The notes below the pieces were generated by a model. The model made no database searches. It was given only the letters and a program-made list of their open reading frames with translations, and was not told where the DNA came from. Shown here piece by piece: positions 49,020-51,685 of a stretch of 51,685 nucleotides of DNA. A program made the translations under genes and the position numbers. The stretch lies in NCBI RefSeq assembly GCF_020745735.1, contig NW_026867443.1:310001-361685 (forward strand), in the 5' to 3' direction. Position 1 is the first letter of the stretch; the number at the start of each line of letters is the position of its first letter. The DNA is from Hemiscyllium ocellatum (taxonomy: Eukaryota).

Positions 49020-50251
49020 GCGGGGCCTCAAGTTCAATTCCTGATCCTTTCCTCTCGATCCTATTGCTTGGTCTGGATACTTTAATAAAGTGTCCTGAGC
49101 CCCTACCTTCTTCAAACAGTTTAAATTTCTTGAAGCTTGATTTACCTTGGCTTGTGTGGGACCACTTTGTCTGCATTATTCTGAATGGGTCATGCATTAA
49201 GAGACAAAGCCTTTAAGTTTGTTCTAGTATTGAGCTTCCCTACACTTTTAAGTTTCCTTAGTACAATATGACATTTACAATATTCCAACCCTTCCTTTTA
49301 TTTCCTGGTAACAATCAATCCCGTCACTACCCAGTAATCCTCCCTTCTCCTTTAACTTACATTTTCTCATTCTCTATCCAACTCTTCCAGTTACTTTCTC
49401 TTTGAATCGTATTCAGGCTGATATTTATCCCTGAACAAACATCACTCAAAATGTTCCTTGGTTCATTGTTGCTTGTGGGATCTTGCTGTGCACAATCCAG
49501 CTTGCACATTTCCTATATGACAACAACAACCATATTTCAAACAAGCCCCACACTGTCTGCAAATGTCTTGAGGACAGCATGAATCTTTCTTTTCATTGGA
49601 TGAACTGGGAGTCTTTCAGATGTGAAAGATGCCGTTCCAATGTTGTACAGTCCTCCTCCTGACAAAGTTCCTGCTTTGTCCCTTTTTTTTTGAATGGGTC
49701 TCATACATTCCTTCATTCTCTTGTTCTTACGGTGATTATCAACATCACTGGGATTTCCTTGACTTCATTTGATGCATTTTATCCTGTCAGCTCTTTGCTT
49801 TCACCCCTGCATTTCGTCTTTCAGCCCAGTTTTACCAAGTCACTGCTCAGTTCAGTAAAATGGTTTGTTCCCAAATGAAAACTTTTACACTTGTTGCACG
49901 GTTCTCCATTCCCATCCCTACCCTCAGTCTCACTGAGTTCTGATCCCTGTCACTGAAATGCTTCCCCATTGATAGCCCTTCCAGCTGCCCACATTCATTC
50001 TCTAAGCAATGGTCCAAAACTGTCCCTTTTCTTTCACCATCACCTTCTCAGGGGCAATTAGGGATGGGTAATAAATGCTGGCCGTGCCAGTGACACATCC
50101 CAAGAAGCAATTTTTAAAAATCCCTGTCCTTTTATGGGGTTTGTTAGGTATTGGATACAAGTGTTCAAACGGATTGTTTTACCAGTGAATGTTCAGAGAG
50201 TTGAAATCAGTTTGAATGGCAGGGATTAAAATTGTTTCTCTTGCCTTTCAG

Positions 50252-50580
50252 GCCGTGAGAACTCTCAGCCCAAGCTGACCCTGCTGCCCCCCTCCCCGGA
50301 GCAGGTCAATGCCAAGGGCACTGCCACCCTGGTGTGCCTTGCCAATCACTTCTATCCTGATGAGCTGGAGGTGCAGTGGAAGAAGGACGGTGCAGTCATT
50401 TCGGACGGGGTTCAGACCAGCAACTACCTGCGAGCTTCGGACAGCACCTACAGTGTCAGCAGCCTGCTGACCCTCTCTGGGTCTGGTTGGGAGTCCGACG
50501 CTCACTTCTCTTGTGCCCTCACCCATGTGACCCTCCCCTCTTCCCTCAGCAAGAGCATCAGGAGATCAGAATGTGTATAG
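50252..50580 (+). CDS. IGKC: Ig kappa constant exon, copy 2 (intact, no V/J found upstream)
   Basis: Acceptor CCTTTCAG|GC; RENSQPKLTLLPPSPEQV...SECV*; 14 nt and 6 aa differences from copy 1 (hand count). Confidence 0.97.
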
Positions 50581-51092
50581 AATGTTCAAGACAGTCCACA
50601 GAGGAGACACAACTTTCAATAGAACTGGACTGAGCTGGTAGGTCAAAGGTCATTGTCAGCACTGAATTTCAATTCTCTTCCTTCTCAGGACTGGCTCAGA
50701 GACACTTCTGAGGTTCAAGGGTTAAGGCAGGTCATTGCGATCATCAAAAAGAAGCTTTACTCTGTATCAAACCCCATGCTATCCCTGTTTTGGGAGTGTT
50801 TGACTGGGGCAGTGATGTCCTGTGATGCCAACTCAAACCTCTCGAAAATGCTGAAGACTGTCAGCTGTACAAAACAATGTGAACCTCAGAAGTCTCTGCT
50901 TCAGTAAACCAGATCTCCTTCCTGCTCAGCTGCCAGTTCCAATTTCAGGTTTTGTCACTGTTTAAAGGGACAGGATTCTCATGTTATTGAGAAAATCTCC
51001 ACAAGTGTTTTCCTCAAGCTCCATTGTGGCTGTGAATTTGTGCAGCTTCCTCTGTCTGGGCTGCTTTCCGTCAATGTCAATCTAGAAAAGGG

Positions 51093-51098
51093 AATAAA
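51093..51098 (+). terminator. Polyadenylation signal of C copy 2
   Basis: AATAAA in the context GGGAATAAAGATGAAGAAGATT, identical to copy 1. Confidence 0.7.
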
Positions 51099-51139
51099 GA
51101 TGAAGAAGATTCCGTCTCTGTCTCGTGTGTGCTTTGGGA

Positions 51140-51316
51140 ATGGCCCGAGCTGAAGCCTACGGGAAAGGGTGTGTGAAGCGTTAACCTCCACCCTCAAGGC
51201 CTGGAGAAAGAGGGGAGAATCGTGGGGGCAATGGGGTCCCCGGAGCAGGTGGGCAATGCTACCATTGTGTCCAGAAGGGGCACTTACAGCAGGAATGCGG
51301 GGTAACAAGGAAATAA
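51140..51316 (+). mobile_element. Gag nucleocapsid-like fragment with CCHC zinc knuckle (ERV/LTR element remnant)
   Basis: Frame reads *PPPSRPGERGENRGGNGVPGAGGQ-CYHCVQKGHLQQEC-GVTRK*; knuckle codons at 51257-51298 fit C-x2-C-x3-G-H-x4-C. Confidence 0.55.
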
Positions 51317-51685
51317 TCCCCCAAAGATGGGAAAAGAAGGAAGGGGGACACGGGAACACAATAATCTGATGAAATTCCCATCAACCCTCACCCATCCCTT
51401 AGGCACAGCAAGATCACAAGCCAAGAAATTCAAATCAACTGTTTAGGAGCCAGAGCCACTGGGAACCCTGTATTGATGAATATGACCGCAGGATTTTGTT
51501 ACTCAGAATCACAATTCCACAGGGTTTGGGAAATAAATATTCTATAAATTAAACCTGGGTTTCTTTCCTCCTCCAATGAGATGGAATTGCGCCGTGTCCC
51601 TGGAGTCATCACAATGAGAATGTTCAGTCCGGGAGAGTCTGGGAATCACGGCTGGGGAGGGAAGTCAATGATAAACTGGTTCCAC

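Overview
Repeat-rich vertebrate genomic DNA, almost certainly from a cartilaginous fish (shark-type CR1 LINEs, HE1/V-SINE-like SINEs, Penelope-like elements, L1-type LINEs). The window holds one unrearranged immunoglobulin kappa-type (type III/NS4-like) light-chain cluster on the + strand: promoter, leader exon (14232-14280), V exon (14467-14762), 12-RSS, 23-RSS, J (15274-15308) and C exon (24011-24339). The V is a pseudogene (in-frame stop, first canonical Cys replaced by Trp, heptamer TACAGTG) and the J donor is GC rather than GT. About 26 kb downstream is a second intact C exon (50252-50580, 315/329 nt identical) with no V or J that I can find in front of it. Between the two C exons, and missed by the ORF track, is an intact-looking terminal coding exon of the centrosomal gene CEP350 (40186-40350) with no recognisable upstream CEP350 exon in the window. 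Smaller hidden features: minimal hammerhead-ribozyme cores in Penelope-like fragments, two fold-back palindromes next to Penelope insertions, a TSD-flanked L1 missing its RT domain, a 44-bp minisatellite split by a CR1, and a Gag-like CCHC knuckle right after the second C. Most supplied ORFs are transposon fragments or spurious. Family assignments come from recalled motifs, not database searches; repeat boundaries are approximate; an assembly misjoin cannot be excluded.
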